The notes under the pieces: generated by a model
What the model saw: the letters and a program-made list of their open reading frames with translations, nothing else
Database searches by the model: none
What the model was told of the DNA's origin: nothing
Part shown: positions 39,569-53,021 of the stretch, piece by piece
Layout: the number at the start of each line of letters is the position of its first letter
Numbering within the stretch: the stretch's first letter is position 1
Position numbers and translations under genes: made by a program
NCBI GenBank assembly: GCA_051294905.1
Contig: CM119371.1
Span: 17,238,001-17,302,000 of the forward strand
Length of the DNA stretch: 64,000 bases
Reading direction: 5' to 3'
From: Botryllus schlosseri
Lineage: Eukaryota

Positions 39569-41953
39569 TCTAACATACCTTAGTACGCGAAGCATCTTTT
39601 CGAATGTTGTCAGACCAATGAACCAAAGGTACTAGTCCCAGCATTGATGCTACGAATCAAGTGCAGTTTCACTATTTTGTGCGTTCTGGTTCTAAATACA
39701 AACAAATTCACATCGCGATGACGCAACATGTGGATTTAGTGGCAGAGTGATATGGTTGCGATTTGCGAGTGAATATTGTTCTTGGGTTCGCCCATTAAGC
39801 TTCCAAGGAAATCACTGCACGATATACCCCCGGAAATGCAACGAACTTCTCGAGAACAACGGGAGTGCGATATCTGTGATTTTTCTACTGCAGTGATTTT
39901 AGTGCTTGATTAGTCAATAATATGATACACTGAATGCAAAATAATGAAGCTCTGTACCTCCAAGAAGCTCTTCGCATACAAAAGTGATAAGTTTCTTCAA
40001 TTTCTTTTCGTGTACTAAATTTCGGCTGACTGGTGCGAATGAAATTATTTTTCAAAAAAAAGTGCGAATGGAGCTCAAAAAGGTTGAAAAGCACTGCTTT
40101 AGTTAATTACGTTTTTGCGTTTCAATATCTTTTGACTATACAGCGGACAAGAGGTAACAAAATAACAACATGTAACGAATTGATTGTACCAACGGGCATG
40201 CCCGAATATGTTCAATTATCAATTGTCTGGCCTTCATTTTCCAATAACACAGCCCACTCAGCGCTACTGGTAATCTGATTTCGCGGGCTGAGAGAATAAA
40301 AAGTTTATAGTGACGTATATGTGCATTTACCACCTATTCATTCCTGCGTTATGGAACATTTTGGCGCCTAGGGCGAACAGGTCACACAAACTTTGCTGAC
40401 CATCGAAATCACGCGATGAGTTTCTTGGGGCGAAGCCTTCAGACGTTTGATTTATCACGATGGGGGTGCGCAAGACAATCGGACAGACGAAGTGCTGTTA
40501 CGGCCTTCGTCGGCGCTCTTACCCATTGTCTTTATTACAGTCCTTACAATATCAGGTGAGGGGGGGGCGCTGGAGCACGATAATTTTTGGAAGGGAGAGC
40601 CGGAGGAAAAAAGATTAAGAACCACTGGTATATTATGTATTCTTACAGAAATATGTGATGTAACAATGCATCGATTTCGGTGATATTTTATCACGCAATG
40701 GTACTGTAAGTGTAACAGTCAAATACTCACATTTACGGAACTATATGGCACCAAACCCAGAGATGAAATTTTCCGACTATAATATCGAAGCTGTACTTGT
40801 ACCGAGATGGATGATCAGGAGCCCAGATCAAGCCCCGACACAAAGAAGAATTGTTTAACTGCGTAATATGTGCATTCGTAAAGGTGATTTACATGTCGCC
40901 TTTTCGTAGCAGACTTCAGTTTTGTTGCACCAACTCGGGGCTTTTCGAAACGCTTTATTTTCAGCAAGATTAGCGATGACAAGTCCAAATAATCTCTGAC
41001 ACATTAGAAAATGGTTGAACCAGTGCATAAATGATTAGTACATATTCCCATTTACATGACGCGTTCACAGGGATTATATATGACAGGAGAACTTTAACAC
41101 AATCCACAGAAACAAGCAGCATAAAACGATCAAAAACGATATAAAAATGGGACTGTAGGATTGTATGCGTATACTATAGTCACATGCCTGTGGTTCCACT
41201 ATACTATTTACCAATAATATCCATGTATTTGATACATGGATCTTGTATTTTACACGTATTTGCAATAGGGTTGCCATACGTCCAGAATTTCGCTGTCTAA
41301 ACCAGTGGTTCTCAACCATCGGTCCGCGGACCGGTGCCGGTCCGCGACAACTTTTCTGCAGATCCGCGATGTATAGTAAGATCCTTATACAGTAATTTCA
41401 AGATGCAAGAAGTTGAAGGCTTGTCCATTGGTAAAATAAATAAAACGTGAAATTTTAAACCGATGCAGAACTTCGTGCGGTAATGTTAGGCCCAGAAACA
41501 TGTTCGATTTCACTTAAAGTTCAAGCTGTCTCCGGTAACGACATGTGAACGACTAGCTGAATACGAGCTGAGTCGCTGATCCGTACGCTCAATCGTTCTC
41601 GATTCATTAATTTTATGCATGGCCAGGTATCGCTGTAATCAGGTGTGTTCGTGCGGTGCATTGTAATCGTAGTAGGCTACGTATGGTAGTGGTGGGTAAT
41701 GAGCAAGATAGCTCGACAAAGTGCTTGGTACTACTCCAAAACGCTTGATCTCTGTATGTTGTCGACGAAAAGAATATTATTCCAGTTGGCGTGGTCGGTT
41801 TCAATCCACGGCCCTTCGGCGCGAAATTTGCCCATATTTATCTGGGCAAGTCAATTTTACTCAGCACTCAGCAGACAGTACGGTCAAATCAAATGAATAC
41901 CACCATAAACATATTTTATTACGAACAAACCCTCGCAATTTCACTCACTAGTA

Positions 41954-43689
41954 CAGGGATGGGCAACCTGCGACCGTAAAAGGAAATTTGTGCGATCGTG
42001 GACATGAAAATTTAGTTTACGAATTGACTCCCGAATTTGAGATATTTTGCTTAACCTTGAAATTTTCTCCGCGATAGGCGCGATTCCATGCGACTGCATT
42101 TTTCGATTTTAATATAGTCGTAGGTAGCGCCCTTCATAATCCGGGCCCCACACAAATGCGAACAGTGGAGGAAAATGATGCACACCATATGGAAATAACA
42201 ATTTCGAATCGTGCAGTCCTTACGAAAAAAAAAAGTTTCTGGTAGGCCTACGTTTGGGAGATTCCAACATATGTTCACTATATACCAACATCCTGATGGG
42301 AGGTCAAGAAATAACAACACGCCCCAAAGTGACTATACCAACAATTCGACCGCCCGAAGATTCATCATCATCTGTCCTAAATTTTCGACGACATTTCCAC
42401 CATCAACCCTACCGATGAAATTTAGTTGAATCACTTTCGTTGAGAAAGGATAAATATTTAATAGTAATATGTGAAACTACGACCACTATGTGCTGATTTC
42501 GATGCGTATAGTAAGACGATATGAATAAAGAGATTAATCCGGAGTCCACAAGAAATGGACATGGACAGTTTAACATGGGTATTTGATAGGGATGGTGTGA
42601 ACGTGAGGTTCACGTTCGCGTTCTGTGTGTGAACCTCGGAAATTTAGAGGTTCGCGTTCACAACAGAACCTTGGTAGGTTCTACACTGTGAACCTTTTGG
42701 TAAATTGTAATTTTCACTCCATTATAAAATCTTTGGCTCTAATTTCTTGCATTTCAACTGCGGGTGACTTCATGCATGGTGCTGGCAGCATAAAAAATCA
42801 ACGCTAAACGAGCATGCACCATGCACCTCGACAACCTTAAAAGTTTTACTTGCTTTGTTGCAAAAATTTTCTCGGAATAACCAGCTTTCCGTCTGTGAAT
42901 ATTTAGTGACTCTCTGCTGCGAGCTTGACCCGCAATCACACAACATCACGAGCGATATATACGTAGTAAGCAAATGATGCTTATTCAACCAATCAATGAC
43001 ATTCATAGACTGATGTAAAAAATCGAACGGGCGTACGGGGTCAATCTTGACTTCATATCTTTACTGTATCATTAAAACCAAATCCGTGCGATTAAGGTGC
43101 TTGCTACTGCTGCCTAACTTGTTGTTGTTTGTGGTATCGGTAGCGAGTATAGAAACCCGTTGTACACTCTGATCAATATCAATGTAGCAATACTCAGACT
43201 CCGAACACATCGTCCGGTCTGGCTAAGACCGTTAAGGCGTAAGCTTATATTCCTAGGTAAGTCCTCGTCGAAATTGTTGGCAAAGCGACGGAATGCATTG
43301 ATTTTATGCAATTATTATATCCTTTGATTACCGCGGTTGATACATTTGGCGACGTTTAAAACGCCGATATGTACTTCAGCATTGTGGCATTATGTGGACT
43401 GAGTCTTCGCTAGGTATCGTGTACATTAATATAAGCTATCACTTCATTGGAAGATAGGGTTGAAATTAGCAATATGACGTCACGTGACGTCACGAGGTTC
43501 ACGTTCGTGTTCACACAGAACCTTTCAAAAACGTTCGCGTTCACACGAACCTGAACCTTTCAGAGGTTCGCACCATCCCTAGTATTTGATGTCCAGTCAG
43601 TCCATTGCGACTAAGTCCCGGAATATGGTCGTAGGCCGTATAAGTAATCGAAATGCGGACGCGAGTAGCAAAAAGGCTGGCCACCCCTG
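41954..43689. mobile_element. Buster-like MITE (CAGGGATGGGC...GGCCACCCCTG)
   Basis: TIR-like ends with no clean TSD. Internal sequence is homologous to 12340-13845. Confidence 0.65.
42587..43581. mobile_element. MITE family A
   Basis: TAGGGATGGTGTGAAC...GCACCATCCCTA. Perfect TSD GTATTTGA. Highly similar to 2703-3668. Confidence 0.93.
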
Positions 43690-46600
43690 CTCTATAGTAT
43701 CATACTTGCCGAAAAGAGGGTGCATACATTACATTTGGTGTTGATTTCAATTTTTAATGTCCGACGGTCCGCCAAATTTTACCGGTCCGCGAGGTGAGAA
43801 AGGTTGAGAACCACTGGTCTAAACTATGCGTCCGGCAGCAAATGCTGAAATATGTTTAAATGTCCGGAATTTTTAGGTCTTGAAGAAAGTTTAAAAATTA
43901 TTCGTAAATCAATTAAAACAATATATTATTTTTAGGAAGATTTATGCAACTTGAAATTTTTCTTCGTGCTGCACACTATTTAATGTCTTAGTATGTTGAT
44001 GCGTAGGCGTACCCGTGTCATCGCAAAAACTACAATACAAATTAAATGAAAATAACTTTCATATACTGTAATAACACTGATTGTAATTTCAATTTTAAGA
44101 GAAACGTATCATCCTAGTGTCCATTCCTGATAACTGTCTTTCACTGTAATAACACTAATTGTAGTAGTAATTTTAAGAGAAAGGTATGTTCCTAGTGCCG
44201 TAAGGGCAGTTTAGATACTGTACTCAAAGACAAAGGTTCTGAAGCTTGGAGTCGTTTGCTTATTTCTGAGCATCGCGAATATGTTGATCTTGATCAGTTT
44301 CCAACATGGGTCGTGAGTAAGTCCGGGCAAAGGTCCTGGCCATTTGTTTAGTAATCGGCTCACCAAATCTTGAAATGGGCTACGGAATATTTTGAAATTG
44401 AAAATGGAGTTGCAATCATGAAAGGTTAGAAACCACTTGATGTGCAACATGTAGGTGCGGGTGGGCATTTCGGCCAAATTAGTCTTATCCATGTACCATG
44501 AACATGACTTTGCGATACAATTGTATCTTCTGTATCTTCATAGTTATCATCCCCACAATCTATACCTGGCCTAGGCAAAGTGCGGCCCGCGGGATAAATG
44601 CGCTCCGCTGAGCTATTCTGTGCGGTCCGCGAAAGGTTGCTTGAAATTGAAAATATAAAACCTTCTTTTTAATATTGCTTGGTGGAATAAAACCATAGGA
44701 TATAAAAACTGAACGGGAAATGTATTTACTATAAAGCCTGTTATATGCCACGATGTAGCAAATTATGCCGTTACAATTAAAGTCACAAGAAGTCACCCAA
44801 CCTTCTTTGTTGCCGTTGTCACATTACGTATTACACGGCCTGTGTTTCAAATTGTTACATGATGCGTTTCCATATCCAAAATTCGTGAAACAAGTCAATC
44901 TGCGCCCGTGATTTCTTCGAGTATATCACCACCCATAAAGGATGCCAAAAAAAGAAAGCCGAAAGTTGAAATAAAAAGATGGTTCGGAGGACTAAATATT
45001 TGTTTACTGCACGACTTTTTAGTAGTTAGTGCGGAGAACGGCGCCGTGTGGAGTATAATTTACGCGCCACGACGCATCAAGATATATGAAGTTTAGGCCA
45101 ACAGGCCATTCTGAGAAGGCATGGCATTCGCAACTGCTGATCAAATTAACTAACTAAAGTAAAAAAAAACTCGACAGCGGGAAAACCATGGCCGAAAAGG
45201 ACTGCCCTTATGTTGACCGAAAACCACGATGTCCAATTGTCCATAAGCAATATTTCTAAGTGAGGAAATACCAATCGGAAATCATGTGCGTCTTTCAGTT
45301 TAGTACGCTTTAGCGATTTCGTTTTTTTTTCACATAGTAGACGGAAGGTCACGAAATTAACAGCATCTAACAAAGTAATGATACCAACGGGCCCTCCCAA
45401 ATATTTCCAAGACAGCATCTCACTCAGCTCTAGCGGTAAAACTTAGTACGTGGCTGAGAGAGGTTAAAAATACAGCATTATATTTGTAATTACCAATATT
45501 ATAGACCGATTGAATCATGAACCATGGAAAAGTTCCGCCCTTCGCGTGATCTGAGGATCTTCTCTCCAATTTGGTATTTTTGAAGTGTAACTTATCATTG
45601 ATTTGATCTGCCGTCAGTGAAAACTCACAATACCCTCTATCCATTTGACGTTTTATTAGGTATGTGCATTGTGCACATGAGTAATAATGAATGTCTAATG
45701 TTGTGTGATGTTTGTACAGTAGTGCTGTTCAAAAATAACTTCTTTTTTATTTTACTTGATGGCTACTTGATAAAATTGTTATGAACACTGAATCTGGTTA
45801 AATTAAAAAAAAATAAAGTCAACGATATGATAAGAGAAAATTTTGGATTTGAAAATTAATGGAGTATTTTTTTAGTGAGAAATTCTTGCATCTCCCATAG
45901 CATTGCTTTCAACTGGTCGGAATTGAGCCGAATTTAAGTTTTTTTTCAGGCAACCAAACTATTCTAAGAAGTAGCTGGGCAATTGGAAAGAAATGTTTTT
46001 AACAGCCCCAATTATTTCTCCAATGCTGTAACTGCGATGTAGTCTGTAATGCCATTGGGAAAATCTTTAGTAATATCAAAAAGTATATGTTTCTTTTTAT
46101 CACTGCACATAGCTACATGCACGATTTTACAGCATGCTGGCCTGGTGAAAATATCCCTACATAAACATGCATCTGTTGATTCTCTATCACCTTATTTGTC
46201 GACGTGAATTCGTAGGTTCTCTATCAGAAAGTATGTAGACTTGAATTCGTTGGTCCTCAATCAGCTATTTGTAAGCTGTCGTCGATGTGGTTGTAATAAA
46301 AACTGAATGCTTGTAATTGTGATGTATCAGACTGACAGGACAGTTATTTGATTTTACGTTCTAAGATTAGAAAAGTTATCATATTGGCGGCCTGTCTCGC
46401 CTATCTGTAGCATTGGTAAATGAAGCCAGGAACTGTCCGTAATCTACCTAAATAAACATGTGCCAAGACTCTGGTAGTGACGAAGTAAGCATGTAAGGCA
46501 AGCAAGGAATTCGATATCACCCAAGCAGGATTGAAAACACTTGATGAACATGACTTCAATACAGTGACTTGGACTCGGACTCGAGTCATACCACTTTGAT

Positions 46601-46958
46601 TCGGGTAGCGACAAATAGCCCACTAGCTGAGTGGGGTCTGGGGTTCGGTTTATCACCCTATGGGGCCCAAGACCAACGTATTTTGGGGGGCTGACGAAGT
46701 GCTGTTACGGTCGTGATTGGAGTCAAGTTGGAGAAATGATTTATTTTTATTCAACTTACGAAAATTTAGCTGTAAAAGTGAAATTTTGAGGTTGAGCCGA
46801 AAAGTTGACCTTTTTTATTAGTCAACTCGCCGGTGATCCCAGTTTGTATACCCATTTTCGATTCCCAATATTTGGGGGGCGATGATCGGTATGGAGCTTC
46901 AAAAGGGGGCGATGAGTCGAAAACGTTTGGAAACCACTGTCCTAAATAATCTATATAC

Positions 46959-48258
46959 CAGTGTTAGGATCAATTCACTACCTTCGAGTCACGAGTCATT
47001 TCGAGTCATTGCACATTTTGACTCGAGTCAAGTCAAGTCAATCGATTTTCGAAGGTGACTCGAGTCAAGTCGAGTCACTCGATTTTTGGAGGTGACTCGA
47101 GACAAGTCGAGTCAAGTCAAGTCAAGTCATGAGTCAAGTCACAATTCAAGTCAAATTGCCTTTTCGAAGTATGAGGCATGATTACGTCATTGCATTTTGG
47201 TAGATGTCGGATTAACAGATTGATGTGGTCATTGATTCTGAATCGATGAACGAATATAAAGTTAAGTATACACGCAAGAAGGCACTGTATCGCTCACATA
47301 GGCATATACGTAGAACTGTTCAACTATACGTAAGTAATTGCATAGACTCATTCTATAGTTACCAGCCAAACTTGAAAAACGAATTGATAAGATGAAATAC
47401 ATTACTCATTTACATGTTGATATGATACCATTCGAGCCTACACCAATGGCTGAGGAGTATATAAACTATATTCGAATTCAATTTCAATAAAACAAGAGGT
47501 TTGGTTAAGGTATAAGAACAGAAAACAGAAATGAATATTATGCTATTAAAATACCTCACTACTAGTTTACGACAACCTAAGCTGTACGCTTCAATTACCA
47601 CGTGTGTGGTCATATTATTTATGTGGGACAATGGCCGCTCAGTGAACCAAACGATCACTGAGTGATTTGTCGCTCTCACAGGTTACACCAGCGTTAACGA
47701 TCAAGATAGCGTAATGGTTAAGCGTCCGGCTTCTTGATCGGTAGGTCGTGGGTTCGATTCCCGGCCGGGTCAGACCAAAGACCTGATTAGTAACACTGGT
47801 ATCCATGGCTTCCCTGCTTGGCGCTCATGCATTACTGGGATAGCGTGGAGGGGTGGTGCATGACTTAGAAAGTCGTAAAGGCTTTATCTGCACTTCCTTG
47901 TCCAGCGGCATATGCACATCATGCACTCATGGTATGCATATGCGCAGATCGTGTGTATGTATATCATGAGTCGGTTTATATGCCGCAAAAACATCAAGGA
48001 CAAAAATAAACTACGTCCTTTCCTTCGCGAACAATCCGAACATATGGAAGATACAGTGATTTTTATCGACACCGATTACTTGATGACTTGAAATTGACTA
48101 GTGAATTTTGCTCCGAGTCACGAGTCAATCCACATTTTTGATGCGCCGAGTCAAGTCAAGTCAAGTCAGTTTTGCAAAGTGACTCAAGTCAAGTCATACG
48201 AAAAAGGTGACCCGAGTCTTACTCGAGTCAAGTCATGACTCGAGTCATCCCAACACTG
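46959..48258. mobile_element. MITE family B (inverted relative to 1237-2249) with a SINE inside
   Basis: CAGTGTTAGGAT...ATCCCAACACTG. Perfect TSD CTATATAC. Confidence 0.92.
47696..48025 (+). mobile_element. tRNA-derived SINE
   Basis: A box TAGCGTAATGG (47707), B box GGTTCGATTCC (47751) and a CCTTT tail. Absent from the 1237-2249 sister copy, which defines its limits. Confidence 0.85.
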
Positions 48259-49997
48259 CTATATACTCGGTATAAGACCTGAGCTAGTTTTCACCCGATT
48301 TTTCCCACACGAATAAACGGTCAACGGCGTATTATATATACGTGAAATGATAATGTATATTCAAGGACACTGTTCTGGAAGCGACACGTAATAATACGAA
48401 ACAGCAAATCGACATGTTGGAGAATATTACGCTGCGATTCAAGGTTAGTAAATAAAGGAACTGAATAAATTGTTAATACTGTTCCCATTACTAGAGCAAT
48501 AATTTTAGACTTGACCTTTAAAGACAAAATCAAGTCATAATTACCGATTATGTCAAAAATTTTTTACGAACTATATTGCCGTATCGTGTTATATGTTGCC
48601 AGGTCAGTACTTTTATATTTTACAACTTGCAGCCTATTTCAATATTGCGTAATTTACCTAAATGAGTTTTTTTGGGATTGAACATTTGTCCAAATTGAGC
48701 TCATTTTTATTGTCCAATGTATTAAAAAAAAAGTGAACTGTAAAATTTTTGATATTATTAGATCAAAATCATTCATTTTAGACACGAACATAATCGACCA
48801 AGTGGTTACATTTTCGATTTTTTATTTGGCTAGGATGGAAGGGACTTAGATCGGTAAAACAGTATCGTAGGAATGTTCCATAGCTATTAGCTGGGGTATC
48901 AATGCAGCCGGAATCGTATGCTTTGCTATGCATCTGAAACATCCACAATAAGGCAATTATGAATGCAGGATCTTCGAATAGACACATTGACTGTTACGGG
49001 GAAGGGAGAAGACATCGAAGCAATCACAACAGATTTAATTATGAGAAAAGAAAACACGAATTACTTGTTTCAGGTAGCTAAATTTTGCTCGAATAAATAC
49101 TTTGTTGCGCCGATAGCAGACGTGAGACGATATATATAAACGTAAGACCTTGGTGGCTTCCACACACTATTTAACGTCTACTTGCAAATGAATATACCTT
49201 TATTAGTTGCACGAGCTTTCAAAGCTCTGCTCCTTCATCTGGTGTTAAAGCGAAGGCTCGTGTAACTGATCAAGTTTTGTTCATTGACAAGTGGGCCTTA
49301 AATAGGATGTGAAGGCTGCCGGGATCTTACTCCAATGAATGCAATAATTGTATATTTAAATGAATAACGTATATAATAAAATTGTTCCATTGTCAAAGCC
49401 AATAAATAGTCTATAGGCATATAAGCGACTGATTTTCGATGTACGCCCCCTAATAAGACAGTGTTTTCAATGACACCAAAAGAAGTTTCCCACGAAAACA
49501 CCCAAAAATTCAGAAACGTCAACATTTAACGTGTTTTACGGGGTGGGGTTTGGGATATTAGGTTTGTGAATGACTAATATTAGGAATTGGAGATGGCGGC
49601 TTTGAGTTGCGGGATGACATATACTAGGGTTAGTGGACGGCGGATATTAGGAATTAGAGATTACGGTAATTTAGGTTGTGGGATGACAGATATTGGGGTT
49701 GGGGGACGACGGATATTAGGTTGGGGTGAAGAACTCCAGGGTTAGCAACATTAGGGTAGGGAGGATTGGGGTTGGGATGAAGGGTATTATCCATAACCAC
49801 AATCTAAGTCTAGCATCCTTTAGTAATCTCTCATACCAAAACCCTTATATCAGTCATCCCCCAATCCTAATATTTGTCATACCTTACCCCCAATATCTGT
49901 TACCCCCTAACCCAAATATATGTTTTTACCAACCCTAACTTTAGTCATCTCTCACCTGCCTATCCCCGGATTTTAATGTGCCTAAACTGACTCGAAC

Positions 49998-50613
49998 CAT
50001 AGTGTCCTATATGGTGTCGACACAAGCAAATCTCACGGCTCAGTAAAATTGATTCACGTCACAATTTTCGTTTGGTTACAGGCAATTTGACGGTCATTTT
50101 TGACCGGCTAACCGAGCATTAAATTTGGTAAAACGGATATCAATCGAAAGCTGACTCTGCACTGATTACGAAAATATAAATTTTATTCCGCTCGCGGCCC
50201 TGGAACCCCCACACTCAGCCTCTATTTTTTCATTGTTATGGAGATTGGCATTGGGACGCAACAATGCTATCTGGCGAAACGAGAGACGCAACAATGCTGT
50301 CTGACTCCTTTTTTCTTGAGCTACTATCTCGTTTCGCCAGACAGTATTGTTGCGTCACACTGCCAATCTCCTCAACAATGAATAATTTGGGGCTGATTGT
50401 GGGGGTTCCAGGGTCGCAAGCGAAATAAAATTTATATTTTCGCAAGCAGTACAGCGTCAGCTTTCGATTGATACCCGGTTCACCAAATTTAATGCTCGGC
50501 AAGCCGCTCAAAAATGACCGTCAAATTGCCTGTAGCCAAATGGAAATTGTGACGTGAACCAATTTCATTGAGCCGTGAGATTTGCTTGTGTCGACACCAT
50601 ATAGGACACTATG
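49998..50613. mobile_element. Foldback element with CAT...ATG ends and 7-bp TSD (P/Galileo-like)
   Basis: Inverted arms over 200 bp starting CATAGTGTCCTATATGGTGTCGACACAAGC. TSD CTCGAAC. A solo arm lies at ~54680-54908. Confidence 0.88.
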
Positions 50614-51653
50614 CTCGAACACACAATAAATTTTGACGTTTATAAATTTTGTTGTGATGTTCGTGGAAAACATTTATTGGTTCCATGGGGAATACTGGCT
50701 TGTCATAAGCCGTGCGATATTGAAGCAACGCTATATAGGCTGGGTTTCATCTGATACAAATATCAATCAAATATCACATGTTTAAAACATGGTACTGCAT
50801 AAAATACTTCTTCATTTTTAACCATGACGTCACTGATATTTAATTGCGACATCACAGTGGAATAGCATTGACCATTGGAAGTATAGGATAAATAGGCATC
50901 CTGTGACGGAAAGGGCTTCAGAACCTGTCATAAACGTACTAAATCTCCAAAATATATTCAACCAGGACTATATCGTTATGCATCATTCGTACGGCTGGCG
51001 GTCATCATAATCATCAGAACACTCATTCCGTACCAATGATGTATTTTTACGTGATATACCCGCTGAACCGTCGACGATTTCGAGGGTTCCAGCTATTCCG
51101 TATCGAATACGTCGACTGAACTGGGTGCAAATCGTCCGTGGACTCATACCACATGTATATATCAGAAGTACTTACATAATTGCGGAATAACTATATAATG
51201 ATTGAAGAAAACACAATTTTGTTTTATTTGAAAATAACTGTTTAAAACATGTTGGAAAGAAAGTGTTTCAAAACACGTTACTTGTTTAAAATGAAACCCT
51301 ACATATAGGCATTTCTAAAATAGGGAAACTCACGAAAGTGTTGATTCATTGCGGCATCCTATTGAGCGATGAAGAGATGCCGAAAGATAGAGAGGACATG
51401 CCAAAACAATCAGCTTAATCAATAGCTTCCCGGTGTGTTAATATCGACCAAGATTGACTTGCACCTCATACGCAAGTATTAGAGACTACGTATTATTGCG
51501 ACAGAAGAATCACTCTGACTATTGATTAGCTGCTTCGAATAGAATAGAATTATAGTATTGATTAGCTTGAGAACCATTTGCGTCGAATAGGACCTTTTAA
51601 ATTCGTGCAATCCAACACAGCAAGAGATGAAAAAATATCTTCTTTTCTTACAG

Positions 51654-51824
51654 GTCAGAAGAATAAAGCTTGATACTTTGTCGCTGAACAACCACCAATT
51701 CATAACAAAAGTTTTGGATTCAGGAGTTGCTCTAGATGCGAAATGCTTGCTCGTTGACGAGCCGAAAGAGTGCCTTGAAAACTGGGAAGCAACAATGAAT
51801 ATTATCAGGAATAATATTTTCAAG
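51654..51824 (+). CDS. Phase-0 exon (VRRIKLDTLSL...NIFK)
   Basis: TTCTTTTCTTACAG acceptor, AAG|GTGTCT donor, 57 codons. Confidence 0.68.
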
Positions 51825-51977
51825 GTGTCTCCATGCACGTTTCCTATTACCCCTACTTAAAACCTTTATTCCAACACCGTGCGATATTTAAACAAATTCC
51901 TAACACAATCGAAATGGTGATTTGCTACAAACGTTCTTCTCTAGTGCAGAGATTATGAAATCGTGAATTCATAACAG

Positions 51978-52115
51978 GAATATTCAATCAAAACCAAGCA
52001 TCAACTGGTGCATGTCACCCAGACTATTAATGGCATAGCACCGATTGTACACGCTCAACAATTATTGGATAAAGATGGTGAACGAAACATTGGAAATCAT
52101 CACAGCCATACATCG
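51978..52115 (+). CDS. Phase-0 exon (EYSIKTKH...HSHTS)
   Basis: ATAACAG acceptor, TCG|GTGAGT donor, 46 codons. Confidence 0.58.
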
Positions 52116-52199
52116 GTGAGTTACAGTTATAATGATTATTTCATCGTGCAACTGAATATTTGGTGTCCTAATCCCATTAGTAAATTTGTTGATATAAGT

Positions 52200-52932
52200 C
52201 AGGGCCGGCCAACCCGTGGCCCGCGAGCCAAATGTGGCCCGCGAGAAGGTTTTGAGTGGCCCGCGAGGTAATTTCCGAAAATTCTAATATCATCAAAAAT
52301 GGATTGCACAGATTGTGAACTTGCAAGGCGAACCAAAAATTTGATTAGTCTGGCGGCAAGGCTTGAGATGTGATGACTAAAATATCAGTTCCGACGCATT
52401 GGCAGATCCATCAGCCATTCACATATTGGTATATCTTCGTACACTACAATTATGCAAAAGAATTTGCGATAGATTTATCAAAGGTGAAAATTTTCTACAA
52501 GCTTGGTGCAACATGTTATCACATGATTTCTTGTTTTTAATATTGTTGCCCTTTTGTGAAAATGGAAGAATACCTAATGTATCAGATTGAGTCTAACTAT
52601 ATTCGCGATTACGAGACAAAGTGTCGTTCAACATATAGCCTATGCGACATTCCGTTTGCGCTCGCAGTAAGACCGTCGACTATGAAACGTATAGCCACGA
52701 AATTATTGACGCATGTTGGTCGCAGCTTTCGATATCGATATGTCCATGCGCCGAATAGCCCAGTCTTCGCAAACTGAGCCCAGCGATATACAACAGGCCC
52801 ACAATATAGTCTAGTGAAAATATTATTGACCTATAAACTTCAAAAAATTTTCGCGCTTCGCGCGGCAAGTGGCTCGCGCAATTGTTCGTCAATCGAATGT
52901 GGCCCTTTGGCTGAGAAGGTTGGCCAGCCCTG
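52200..52932. mobile_element. Buster-like MITE
   Basis: CAGGGCCGGCCAACC...GGTTGGCCAGCCCTG. Perfect TSD ATATAAGT. Confidence 0.92.
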
Positions 52933-53021
52933 ATATAAGTGATAGGCTATGCCAATGAGAGCAACGTTGTCATCGATTCGAATAATAGCTCATGGTTCTT
53001 CGTATAATATTTTCGTTCCAG

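Larger units (their letters stand above)
37532..40096. mobile_element. hAT element with GTGCGAATG subterminal repeats
   Basis: CACTGATTTTCAACC...GGTTGAAAAGCACTG. TSD CTTAAGTT/CTTTAGTT. It interrupts a copy of the 34456-type repeat. Confidence 0.75.
41303..43816. mobile_element. Buster-like MITE with nested insertions
   Basis: CAGTGGTTCTCAACC...GGTTGAGAACCACTG. Perfect TSD GTCTAAAC. Confidence 0.92.

Noticed and set aside
37850..39880. Transposase or RT remnant inside 37532-40096
   Set aside because: Only a weak RCFA-like hint; no convincing motif set.
47700..47775. tRNA gene (also 54997-55070)
   Set aside because: The cloverleaf is incomplete and continues into a SINE body.
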